A DNA stretch of 64,000 nt, from NCBI GenBank assembly GCA_963819655.1, contig CAWFXA010000003.1:1-64000 (forward strand). Reading direction: 5' to 3'. The stretch comes from an uncultured Chloroflexia bacterium. GTDB taxonomy: Bacteria; Chloroflexota; Limnocylindria; Limnocylindrales; CSP1-4. Shown here one piece after another: positions 30,138 to 39,246 of the stretch (positions within the stretch are counted from its first letter, which is position 1; every line of letters begins with the position of its first letter). The notes beneath the pieces are model-generated. The model saw nothing but the letters and a program-made list of their open reading frames with translations, was not told the DNA's origin and did not search any database. A program made the position numbers and the translations under genes.

Positions 30138-31581
30138 ATGGCCGTCGGCTCGTCCAACGACTTCGATGTCGTCGTGCTCGGCGCCGGCACGGGCGGCTAC
30201 ACGGCCGCCTTCCGGGCGGCGCAGCTCGGCCTCAAGGTGGCGCTCGTCGACGAGGACAAGATCGGTGGGACATGCCTCCATCGAGGCTGCATCCCGACCA
30301 AGGCCCTGCTCGAATCGGCCGCCTTCGCCGACCGGGTCCGCCACGCCAAGGACTTCGGCGTGACGCTGCCGGGCGAGCCGGCCATCGACTACGCGGCGTT
30401 CGCCGCTCGGCGCGACGCGGTCGTGAAGCGCATGTGGACCGGACTCAAGACGCTCGTGACGAAGAACAAGGTCACCTGGGTCGACGGCCGCGGCCGCCTC
30501 GACGGCCCGAACAAGATCCGCGTCAGCCAGCCGGGTGAGGACGGGAAGCCGGGCAAGGGCGGTGAGCGGGTCCTGCAGGCAACGGACGTGATCCTGGCGA
30601 CCGGCTCTCGCGTCAAGTCGCTGCCGGGGCTGAGCCCCGGACGGCACACGCATCGTGACAAGCGACGACGTGCTGACCATGTCCACCCTGCCGAAGGACA
30701 TCGTGATCGTCGGCGCGGGCGCGGTCGGCGTCGAGTTCGCCAGCATGTTCGTGGACGTCGGGGTGAAGGTGACGCTGCTCGAGTACGCGCCGCAGATCGT
30801 GCCGCTCGAGGACCTCGAGGTCAGCAAGACGCTCCATCGCTCGTTCGAGCGGCGCGGCATGACCGTGATGACCGATGCCCGCTTCGACCCCGCCAAGGTA
30901 TCGGTGGAGAAGGACGGGATCTGCCTGATGGTCGGCCCCGAGGGCAAGGAGCCGGCCGAGCTGCGTGCCGAGATGATGCTCGTGGCGACCGGTCGCGCCG
31001 CCAACATCGAGGAGATCGGCCTCGACACGACCAAGGTCGAGACCGACAAGGGCGTCATCAAGGTCAACGGGCGGATGCGAACCAAGGAGCCGCACGTCTA
31101 CGCGATCGGCGACATCATCGGCGGGCTGTGGCTCGCCCACACGGCCGCGCACGAGGGCATCATCGCCGCGCACGTGATCGCCGGGGAGGCCGACGTCCAT
31201 GAGATGGACTACAACGCCCAGCCGCGAGCGACCTATTGCCGCCCGGAGATCGCCTCGATCGGCCTGACCGAGGAGCAGGTCAAGGCGGCCGGCACGCCGT
31301 ACAAGGTCGGGAAGGTGCCGTTCCAGGCGATCGCCAAAGCGATCATCGGGGGCGAGTACGAGGGCTTCGCGAAGGTGATCTCGAACAGCGACAACCAGGA
31401 CACGCTCGGCGTCCACATCATCGGCCCCCACGCGACCGACCTCATCGCGGAGGCATCCCTCGCCTTCGAGCTCGACGCGACGGCCTGGGAGATCGGCGGA
31501 GCGACACACGCCCACCCGACGTTGTCGGAGGTCATCGGGGAGGCCGCGATGGCCGTCGACGGACGCTCGATCAACTTCTGA
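30138..31581 (+). CDS. lpdA: Dihydrolipoamide dehydrogenase (E3), frameshift near 30637
   Basis: GGTCLHRGCIPTK in the first frame; GAGAVG and HAHPTLSE in the second. Confidence 0.92.
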
Positions 31582-31588
31582 TCGTCCG

Positions 31589-32608
31589 ATGGCCGTGACG
31601 AAGGGGAGCGACACGGGCCTTGCCGCGAGCGTCGGACTGACCGACGCAGACCTCGTCGCGATGTATCGCCTCGTCGCGCTGTCCCGGGCACTCGACGAGC
31701 GCATGTGGATCCTCAACCGCGCGGGCCGCATCCCGTTCGTGATCTCAGGCCAGGGCCACGAGGGCGCTCAGGTCGGCATCGCCTGGCCGTTCGAGAAGGG
31801 CCACGATTGGATCGCGCCGTTCTACCGATCGATCGCCACGTGCCTGACGTTCGGCATGAGCCCGCGCGACATCCTGACCGCCCAGTACGCGACGGCCAGC
31901 GATCCGTCCTCGGGCGGCCGTCAGATGCCCGGCCATTACGGTTCGCACGAGCACAACCTCGTGTCGGTCTCGTCACCGGTCGCGACGCAGCTCCTCCACG
32001 CGGTCGGGATCGCCCTGGCCGCGAAGATCCGCAAGACCGGCCAGGTCGCGATGACGTCGATGGGGGAGGGGAGCAGCAACCAGGGAGACGTGCACGAGGG
32101 CCTGAACTTCGCGGCGATCCACAAGCTGCCGTTCGTCTTCGTCGTCGAGAACAACGGCTACGCGATCAGTGTGCCGATGGCCCGCCAGGTGTCGGTGCCG
32201 AATGTCGCCGAGCGGGCCGCCGGGTATGGCATCCCGGGGATCGTCGTCGACGGCAACGACGTGCTGGCCTGCTACGTCGCATCGCGCGACGCGGTCGCCC
32301 GCGCCCGGGCTGGGGAGGGCCCGACGCTCATCGAGGCGAAGGTCACTCGTCTGACCGGGCACTCGTCCGACGACCAGCAGACGAAGTACCGGTCCGAGGA
32401 GGAGCTCGCCGAAGAGCGCAAGCGCGACCCGCTGCCGGCCTTCCGCGCTCAGCTGCGGGACGCCGGAGTCCTGACCGACGAGATCGAGACCAATCTGGCA
32501 GCCGAGATCAAGGGCATCGTCGACGAGGCGACCGACTTCGCCGAATCGCAGCCCGACCCCGACCCATCGACCGCGATGCGCTACGTGTTCGTCGAGGACG
32601 TCGACTGA
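31589..32608 (+). CDS. bkdA1: Branched-chain 2-oxoacid dehydrogenase E1 alpha
   Basis: IPFVISGQGHE, GGRQMPGH, GEGSSNQGD...NN and HSSDD; resembles Bacillus BkdAA. Confidence 0.85.
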   Translation: MAVTKGSDTGLAASVGLTDADLVAMYRLVALSRALDERMWILNRAGRIPFVISGQGHEGAQVGIAWPFEKGHDWIAPFYRSIATCLTFGMSPRDILTAQYATASDPSSGGRQMPGHYGSHEHNLVSVSSPVATQLLHAVGIALAAKIRKTGQVAMTSMGEGSSNQGDVHEGLNFAAIHKLPFVFVVENNGYAISVPMARQVSVPNVAERAAGYGIPGIVVDGNDVLACYVASRDAVARARAGEGPTLIEAKVTRLTGHSSDDQQTKYRSEEELAEERKRDPLPAFRAQLRDAGVLTDEIETNLAAEIKGIVDEATDFAESQPDPDPSTAMRYVFVEDVD

Positions 32609-33591
32609 TGCCGGCGAGGACCTTCATCGACGCCATCCGCGAGACGTTGGCCGACGAGATGCGCCGCGATGAGTCGGTGATCATCCTCGGCGAGGACGTC
32701 GGCAAGAAGGGTGGCGTGTTCCTGGCGACCGACGGGCTGTGGGCCGAGTTCGGCGACGACCGGGTGATCGACACCCCCCTCACCGAATCGATGATCGTCG
32801 GCGCATCGATCGGCGCTGCCGTCAACGGCCTGCGCCCGATCGCCGAGATCCAGTTCGCCGATTTCATCTTCCCTGCGTTCAACCAGATCGTGTCCGAGGC
32901 CGCCCGGATGCGCTACCGCTCGAACAACGGCTACGGCGTGCCGATGGTCATCCGCGCGCCGTATGGCGGAGGCGTCCACGGCGCGCTGTATCACTCGCAG
33001 AGCGTCGAGGCGTTCTTCACTCACGTCCCGGGCCTGAAGGTGGTCGTCCCATCCACGCCGTACGACGCCCGCGGGCTGCTGCGCTCGTCGATCCGCAACG
33101 ACGACCCAGTGCTGTTCTTCGAGCACAAGAAGATGTACCGCTCGGTCCGCGGCGACGTGCCCGACACCGATTACACGATCCCGCTCGGCAAGGCGGCCGT
33201 GACCCACCCGGGTACCCAGATTTCGGTGTTCGCGTACGGACTCATGGCGCACTACGCGCTCGAGGCCGCCGATCGCGTGGCCGAGGAGGACATCAGTGTC
33301 GAGGTCGTCGACCTGCGCACGCTCCGACCGCTCGACAATGAGACTGTCCTCGAGTCGGTCCGCAAGACCGGCAAGTGCCTGATCGTGTACGAGGACAACC
33401 GGTTCGGCGGGTACGGCGCCGAAGTCGCGGCGTTGGTGGCCGAGGAGGCGTTCGACTACCTCGACGGGCCGGTCACGCGCATCGCGGGGCCCGACGTGCC
33501 AGGCGTCCCGTACAACCACGTCCTGGAAGACTGGTTCATGGTCAGCCCCGAGAAGATCGCCGACGCGATCCGCAAGCTGGCGGCGTACTGA
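32608..33591 (+). CDS. bkdA2: 2-oxoacid dehydrogenase E1 beta
   Basis: GEDVGKKGGVF, DTPLTE, EIQFADF and HSQSVE motifs. Confidence 0.87.
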   Translation: MPARTFIDAIRETLADEMRRDESVIILGEDVGKKGGVFLATDGLWAEFGDDRVIDTPLTESMIVGASIGAAVNGLRPIAEIQFADFIFPAFNQIVSEAARMRYRSNNGYGVPMVIRAPYGGGVHGALYHSQSVEAFFTHVPGLKVVVPSTPYDARGLLRSSIRNDDPVLFFEHKKMYRSVRGDVPDTDYTIPLGKAAVTHPGTQISVFAYGLMAHYALEAADRVAEEDISVEVVDLRTLRPLDNETVLESVRKTGKCLIVYEDNRFGGYGAEVAALVAEEAFDYLDGPVTRIAGPDVPGVPYNHVLEDWFMVSPEKIADAIRKLAAY

Positions 33592-33602
33592 CGGAGGGTG
33601 GC

Positions 33603-34010
33603 GTGCCCGATGACGAGTTCGGTCGACTGTTCGAGCGCTTCAGGTCGATGCTGGCGCCCTACGCCGCGAAGATGTATGTCTCGGAGGACTCGCCGCAATG
33701 GTTCGGCGTCGACATGGCGCCCGAGGCGGAGCGAGATCCGTCGACCTGGTTCGGCGCGACGCGCGTCGGGAGGCGCTACGTCAGCTACTACCTGATGCCG
33801 GTCTACGTCCAGCCGTCGCTGCTCGACGACGTCTCGCCGGCGCTGAAGAAACGGATGCAGGGCAAGTCCTGCTTCAACTTCTCCAAGGTCGATGAGCCGC
33901 TGCTCGCCGAGCTCGAGGCGCTGACCCGCAAGGGCTACGAGGCCACGGCGGGTGATCCGCGATGGGGCGCCGAGCGCCGACGCGAGGAGGGGCTTCGAGT
34001 AAGGTCCTGA
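33603..34010 (+). CDS. Conserved hypothetical protein (DUF1801-like)
   Basis: YVSYYLMPVY...LKKRMQGKSCFNF; GGAGG RBS. Confidence 0.7.
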   Translation: MPDDEFGRLFERFRSMLAPYAAKMYVSEDSPQWFGVDMAPEAERDPSTWFGATRVGRRYVSYYLMPVYVQPSLLDDVSPALKKRMQGKSCFNFSKVDEPLLAELEALTRKGYEATAGDPRWGAERRREEGLRVRS

Positions 34011-34042
34011 TCGGGGCTCACCGAGCATCGCTCGCGAGGAGA

Positions 34043-34234
34043 TCCTGCCAAATCGTCACCTGGTGAACGCAAGGCCACATTGCCAGCCCATCTCGCGACG
34101 CACCTGCATGTCCATCCAGCTCACTGGATACATCGCTACGTGGCACACCGCTAAGACTGCATGACGATGCACCTTCGGTGCCGTTCGAGCTCACATCGCT
34201 CGCCCGAGGTTCACCACATGATGATTTGGCAGGA
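34043..34234. repeat. 192-nt element bounded by a 26-bp imperfect inverted repeat (ncRNA or MITE-like)
   Basis: tcctgccaaatcgtcacctggtgaac versus gttcaccacatgatgatttggcagga (23/26 complementary). Confidence 0.6.
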
Positions 34235-34252
34235 AACAGTTCCGGGCGGCGC

Positions 34253-34771
34253 CTAGGAGCGGTAGCGCCAGCTCGGTTCGCCGGGCTCGGGATCCGCACG
34301 GTAGATCCGGATCATCCAGGCAAGCCCGAGGGCCATGCCGCCGAAGCCGACGACGAGGTTGGCTTCGTCGAGCGTCAGGCCGAAGTACCGAGGTTCGAAC
34401 ATCGGCCCGCCCATCCAGCCCGGTCGAGCGACGAGGTCGAAGAGGACCAGCGGGATCAGCGCCCCTGCGAGCACGATCATGGCTCGCGCGATCTCTCGGC
34501 CGCGGCGACCCACCGACCAGGAGTTGACGCGCACCGGGACCGGCAGCTCGCGGTACCGCCAATACCTCGCGTCGGGTTCTGGGTCTGCCCGCCGGATCGT
34601 CAGCATGAAGACCAGTCCCACGAACATCCCGGTCAATCCCAGCACCGTCGGCCACGGGATCGGGTCTGTCCATGCAAACACGACAAACAAGATCGTGGCC
34701 AGGGTCACGACGACGCCGGCGGCGAGCACCAGCCTAGCCGCGCGCCGCGACTCTCGAACCTTGTCATGCAC
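34253..34771 (-). CDS. Four-TM hypothetical protein with internal duplication
   Basis: Two units of TM-TM-RADPEPxxxxWRYR. Confidence 0.7.
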   Translation of the reverse strand: MHDKVRESRRAARLVLAAGVVVTLATILFVVFAWTDPIPWPTVLGLTGMFVGLVFMLTIRRADPEPDARYWRYRELPVPVRVNSWSVGRRGREIARAMIVLAGALIPLVLFDLVARPGWMGGPMFEPRYFGLTLDEANLVVGFGGMALGLAWMIRIYRADPEPGEPSWRYRS

Positions 34772-34878
34772 GGTCGGTCGAGGATACGCCTGCCACGGCG
34801 CAAGATGGAACCTTTCCGGGGTCCCTGACGGACATACACGTCGAACGCGGAAGATGTCCGCGCCAGTCAGGCGGCACG

Positions 34879-35433
34879 ATGGATCGAGAGCTCGTGGTCT
34901 TGGCGAGGGAAGGCGATCATGACGCCTTCGCGCGCCTCGTCGCGGTCTCGGTGGGCCGACTCAATGCGATCGCGCGGCTGATCCTTCGTGACTACGGCCT
35001 GGCCGAGGACGCGGTCCAGGACGCCTTCGTCGACGCGTGGCGAAGTCTTCCCGGATTGCGTGAACCCGATCGATTCGATGCGTGGATGACCAGGCTGCTC
35101 GTTCGCTCCTGCCAGGACACGCGCCGTCGGGCCCGTCGGCGGGCCGTCGAGCTCCCGCTCCTGGCCCACGACGATCCAGACATCGCCGACCACCAAGCTG
35201 CATTCGCGGTGACCGACCAGCTCGAACGTGGCCTTCAGGGCCTGACCGTCGATCAACGGACGGTGATCGTGCTGTCGTTCTATCTCGATCTGCCCATCGC
35301 CGAGGCGGCTGCCGCGCTCGGTGTCCCAGCCGGGACCATGAAGTCCCGCCTCCATCGGGCGATCGCGGCCCTCCGCGCCACTGTCGATGCGGACGACCGA
35401 CCGATCGCTCGGACCGCGGAGCGAACGATATGA
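34879..35433 (+). CDS. ECF RNA polymerase sigma factor
   Basis: AEDAVQDAF, FDAWM, EAAAALGVPAGTMKSRLHR. Confidence 0.92.
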   Translation: MDRELVVLAREGDHDAFARLVAVSVGRLNAIARLILRDYGLAEDAVQDAFVDAWRSLPGLREPDRFDAWMTRLLVRSCQDTRRRARRRAVELPLLAHDDPDIADHQAAFAVTDQLERGLQGLTVDQRTVIVLSFYLDLPIAEAAAALGVPAGTMKSRLHRAIAALRATVDADDRPIARTAERTI

Positions 35434-36533
35434 CAGCCCAACGCGACGTCGAACTGTTTCTCCGCGCCCACCTCGAGGCGACCGCCGATCGCACCGTCGC
35501 TGACGGTCAGGTCGACGCGATCCTCGCCACGACCGTCGGCCGCCGGCAGCAACCGGCCTGGCTGGCGTCCTTGAGGAGCCACCCGATGTCCACCACAGCC
35601 CGCACGCTCGGACGCCCGATGTCGGCGCCCGGATGGGCGCTGTTACTCATCCTCGCTTTGCTCATCGCAACCGCAGCCGTCGGTCTCACCGTCGGTGGCT
35701 GGCGGCTCGCTCCTGCACCGGTCCTCAATGGGCCGATCGTGTTCGGCCGTTTCGACCCCGCGGTGAGCGACACCGTGATCCACTCCATCCGCCCAGACGG
35801 CTCGGCACTCCGGGTCGTCCTCGCCGGACCGAACGAATGCCCACAGTTCTCGCCGGATGGCCGCCAGCTGGCGATCGCCATGAAGGTCGTCGACGTCGGC
35901 GGGACGAACGTGAGGTCCCTTCCGAACCACGCCGGCCCCGCGACGCTGGGCTGCTCGACGTGGTCGCCGGACGGCACCCGGCTGGCCGTCGAAGGTTTCG
36001 CCGACAACGACCCATCGGCCAGCGGGATCTTCCTCGTCAACTCCTCCGATGGCAGCGACGTCGTCCAACTCACGGCCAACGGCCAGGGTAGCAACGATGT
36101 GCCCGGTGACTTCTCGCCGGATGGCAGCCAGCTGTCCTACATCCGCGGTACCCCGGGAACGGAGTCCGGCAAGCTATGGATCGTGGATCTCGCCACCGGC
36201 GAATCCCGCGAAGTGAGTTCGCGCGAGCTGGCGCTTGGGACCACGTGGTCGCCCGATGGGCAATGGATCGTCGGTTCGAGTGCCGATCGCTTCGTGGTCG
36301 TCCGCCCGAACGGCGCGGACTTGTACGAGCTCAGAGTGCCGGCGAACGCCGGCGGGGTCGGCAGCCCGTCCTTCTCGCCGGACGGGACTCGTCTCGTCTT
36401 TTCCATGGGGCTCGCCGGCGCATCGAACAACGACATCTACACCATGAAGCTGGACGGCACGGATCTTGTCCAGCTGACGAACACGCCCGACGACAATGAG
36501 TACTTCACCGATTGGGGGATCGATCCGCGGTAG
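35430..36533 (+). CDS. Putative anti-sigma membrane protein with extracytoplasmic PD40/TolB-like propeller
   Basis: ATGA overlap with the sigma gene; one TM; five [FW]SPDG repeats. Confidence 0.78.
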   Translation: MTAQRDVELFLRAHLEATADRTVADGQVDAILATTVGRRQQPAWLASLRSHPMSTTARTLGRPMSAPGWALLLILALLIATAAVGLTVGGWRLAPAPVLNGPIVFGRFDPAVSDTVIHSIRPDGSALRVVLAGPNECPQFSPDGRQLAIAMKVVDVGGTNVRSLPNHAGPATLGCSTWSPDGTRLAVEGFADNDPSASGIFLVNSSDGSDVVQLTANGQGSNDVPGDFSPDGSQLSYIRGTPGTESGKLWIVDLATGESREVSSRELALGTTWSPDGQWIVGSSADRFVVVRPNGADLYELRVPANAGGVGSPSFSPDGTRLVFSMGLAGASNNDIYTMKLDGTDLVQLTNTPDDNEYFTDWGIDPR

Positions 36534-36553
36534 GCGACCCTCCGACGGATCGC

Positions 36554-36584
36554 AACGCGACGCCCTCACCGAGGGCGTCGCGTT
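36554..36584. terminator. Perfect 14-bp hairpin between convergent genes
   Basis: aacgcgacgccctc-acc-gagggcgtcgcgtt. Confidence 0.65.
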
Positions 36585-36588
36585 CGTG

Positions 36589-39237
36589 TCAGCCGGTTCG
36601 ATCGTGGGCAGGGTCGCCCGGCCCCCAGGTCTCGTCCTGGATGCGGACGATGAGCGCGACCGCCTGATCGATCGTCATCTGGCGTCCTTTCGCGAATGCG
36701 GCTTCGTAGCCATCCTTGCCGAGCGCCTCCATCACATGCCCGTGTGGATCGCTCACTCCGAGCAACTCGCGTAGACCGAGGGGCGCCTTCACGCCGTACA
36801 GCTCACCCAGATGGTCCGACGCGCCGAGCAGGATCCCAGCGTCTTCCGGGCGCCCCGCCTGGAGAGCCAGCAGTGCTGCCACCGGGATCCCGATGGTCGT
36901 CCCAGTCACATCCCGGAGCGAGCCGGAGCCGACCATGGCGCGGATGTACCAGCGGCTGGCTGTCGCAACATCCCCAGCCATGTAGTGCACCCACGCGATG
37001 CTCATGTACGTCTGGGACGTGTACCAAGGGTCCCCCTCCCGCTCGAACTTCTCGGCCAACGCCTCCAGGGTCGCCAGCCCGATCATCGAAGGATGGTCTC
37101 CTCCCAGCACCGTCACCTCTGACCACTCGACCCTGGCCGCGCCGCGCGCGTCGCCGATCTGCTCGTAGAGGCGACGGGCCGTTTGCAGCATCTCGGTCGT
37201 GCCGGCGGGGTCCTCGGCGATGTACCGCTCGAACGACAAGTTCCAGGTCGCGTCGGCCTCGTACGCGATGTCCCCTAACTGGCGAGCCAACTCCAGTTCC
37301 TCCCCGTAGTGGCGGAAGGAGTCATCGCGCCGTCCGTGCCAGTAGGCGATGCCCCCGGCAGCAGACAGCGCGGCGAGCCGTGCCGATGTCGGCGCGTCCG
37401 CACCCGGCATCGCGAGGACACTCTCGGCAAGCTCGGTCGCTTCGACGAGCCGGCCGTCCTGCTGCCAGTACCGCCACAACGCGGCCACGAATCGGAGCGC
37501 GAGCTCGGCCTCGCCCGTGTCGATCGACCAGCGGATCGCGGCGCGAAGATTGGGATAGTCGATGGTCAGGCGATCGAGCCAGCGCGGCTGGTCCGGCCCC
37601 GTCAGGTTGGGTGCGGCCGTCTCGGCGAGGGCCAGATACGCATCTGCGTGCCGCTGCCTAACAGGCTCCTCCCGGCCGTCGTCCCGGAGTCGCTCGAGCG
37701 CGAAGGCTCGGATCGTCTCGAGCATCTCGAACCGGATGCCCGTCCCACTCGCGTCGCGTTTGATCAGGCTCTGATCGACCAGTGTCGCCAGCTGATCCAG
37801 CACATCGCCACCGTCGGTTGGCGACTCGACGACCTGGACGGCCTGCTCGTAGTCGAAGCCGCCGTCGAAGACCGCGAGGTCGTGCAGGACACCTTGGAGC
37901 TCGGGTCCGAGGAGGTCGTGGCTCCAGGCGATCGCGCCCGCCAGGGTCCGCTGTCGATCGGGCACGTTCCGCGGACCGGAGCCCGGCAGCGGCAGATGTG
38001 CGAGGAGGCGGTCGCGGATAGCCGCCAGCGGCAGGTGCGCGACGCGCGCTGCTGCGAGTTCCACTCCGAGCGGCAGCCGGTCGAGGAGCGCGCAGACCTC
38101 GTCGACGACGACGCTGTCAGCACCCGCATCCCAGCCCGGTCGGACCGAGCGCGCGCGTTCCGCGAACAGCCGTGGACAGTCCGCACCCAGGCTCTGGACC
38201 GGGTACTCCTGCTCACCACCGATCCGCAACGGTGCGCGGCTGGTCACGAGGATCCGCGAGGCCGGCGAAGCGTCGAGGAGATCAGCGACGTAACCGGACG
38301 CGTCGAGGAGTCGCTCGAAGTTGTCGAGCACGAGCAACATCGACCGATCGGCAAGATACGGTCGAAGGCCCTCCGTGGCGGGGCGTCCCGGACCGTCGTG
38401 CAGACCGATCGTTCGGGCGATGGTCGCTCCGACGTCCGCGGGGTCCTCGAGATCGGCCAGCGGCACGAACCACGCCCCGTCGCCGAAGCGGTCCGCCGCC
38501 CGGCGTGCGGTCTCCACGGCGAGGCTGGTCTTGCCGATGCCGCCCGGCCCCGTGAGCGTGACGAGTCGTCGTTCAGCCACGAGGTCGGCGAGCTCGTCGA
38601 GCTCCGCGTCGCGCCCGATGAAGCTCGTCACTCTCGACGGCAGGTCACCGACCGTCGCGGCTCCCGACCGAAGGGCGGGGAACTCCGTTTGGAGGCCCGC
38701 CATGTCGAGCTGGAACAAGTGCTCGGGACGCGGCACGTCACGGAGAGCGTGCCGGCCGAGGTCGCGCACGGCCACGCCCTCCGGCAGCGCGTCCGCGATG
38801 AGCGCTCGGGTCGGCTCGGACAGCACGATCTGGCCGCCGTGGCCCGCCGCGGCGATGCGCGCCGCCCGGTTCACCTCGAACCCGCCGTAATCGTCGCCCG
38901 CCAGGTAGGCCTCGCCGGAGTGCAGTCCCATCCGGACGCGCAGATCGGCCCCCTCGGGCCACGGATGGGCGACGAGAGCTCGTTGCGCGGCGATGGCAGC
39001 GAAGACGGCGGCGCGCGCCTCGGGGAAGACCGCGAAGACGGCGTCGCCCTCGGTGCGCACGGAGATGCCGCCGTGCTCGTCGATCTCGCGCCGGATGATG
39101 CCCATGTGCGACGCGCTCACGGCGTCCCACGCACGGCCGAGCTCCTGGACGAGCCCCATCGACCCCTCGATATCGGTCCGCAGGAACGTGACGGTCCCGG
39201 TCGGGAGCGCGCGCCGGCCAGGCTCGGTGTCGACCAC
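36589..39237 (-). CDS. Class III nucleotidyl cyclase + STAND/NB-ARC ATPase + TPR-like protein
   Basis: TFLRTDIEGS, EGDAVF, RMGLHSG, VNRAARI; then GPGGIGKT, LVLDNFE, LPLGVELAA; helical C-terminus. Confidence 0.88.
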   Translation of the reverse strand: MVDTEPGRRALPTGTVTFLRTDIEGSMGLVQELGRAWDAVSASHMGIIRREIDEHGGISVRTEGDAVFAVFPEARAAVFAAIAAQRALVAHPWPEGADLRVRMGLHSGEAYLAGDDYGGFEVNRAARIAAAGHGGQIVLSEPTRALIADALPEGVAVRDLGRHALRDVPRPEHLFQLDMAGLQTEFPALRSGAATVGDLPSRVTSFIGRDAELDELADLVAERRLVTLTGPGGIGKTSLAVETARRAADRFGDGAWFVPLADLEDPADVGATIARTIGLHDGPGRPATEGLRPYLADRSMLLVLDNFERLLDASGYVADLLDASPASRILVTSRAPLRIGGEQEYPVQSLGADCPRLFAERARSVRPGWDAGADSVVVDEVCALLDRLPLGVELAAARVAHLPLAAIRDRLLAHLPLPGSGPRNVPDRQRTLAGAIAWSHDLLGPELQGVLHDLAVFDGGFDYEQAVQVVESPTDGGDVLDQLATLVDQSLIKRDASGTGIRFEMLETIRAFALERLRDDGREEPVRQRHADAYLALAETAAPNLTGPDQPRWLDRLTIDYPNLRAAIRWSIDTGEAELALRFVAALWRYWQQDGRLVEATELAESVLAMPGADAPTSARLAALSAAGGIAYWHGRRDDSFRHYGEELELARQLGDIAYEADATWNLSFERYIAEDPAGTTEMLQTARRLYEQIGDARGAARVEWSEVTVLGGDHPSMIGLATLEALAEKFEREGDPWYTSQTYMSIAWVHYMAGDVATASRWYIRAMVGSGSLRDVTGTTIGIPVAALLALQAGRPEDAGILLGASDHLGELYGVKAPLGLRELLGVSDPHGHVMEALGKDGYEAAFAKGRQMTIDQAVALIVRIQDETWGPGDPAHDRTG

Positions 39238-39246
39238 GTGCCGACT

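Noticed and set aside
30138-31581. Programmed frameshifting in lpdA, lipA or E2
   Set aside because: No slippery heptamers were seen, and the indels are spread over unrelated genes, favouring assembly error.
34043-34234. Retron msr-msd interpretation of the inverted-repeat element
   Set aside because: No reverse transcriptase in the window.
34807-34840. GGAACC as an ECF -35 autoregulatory promoter
   Set aside because: No convincing matching -10 element, so too weak to call.
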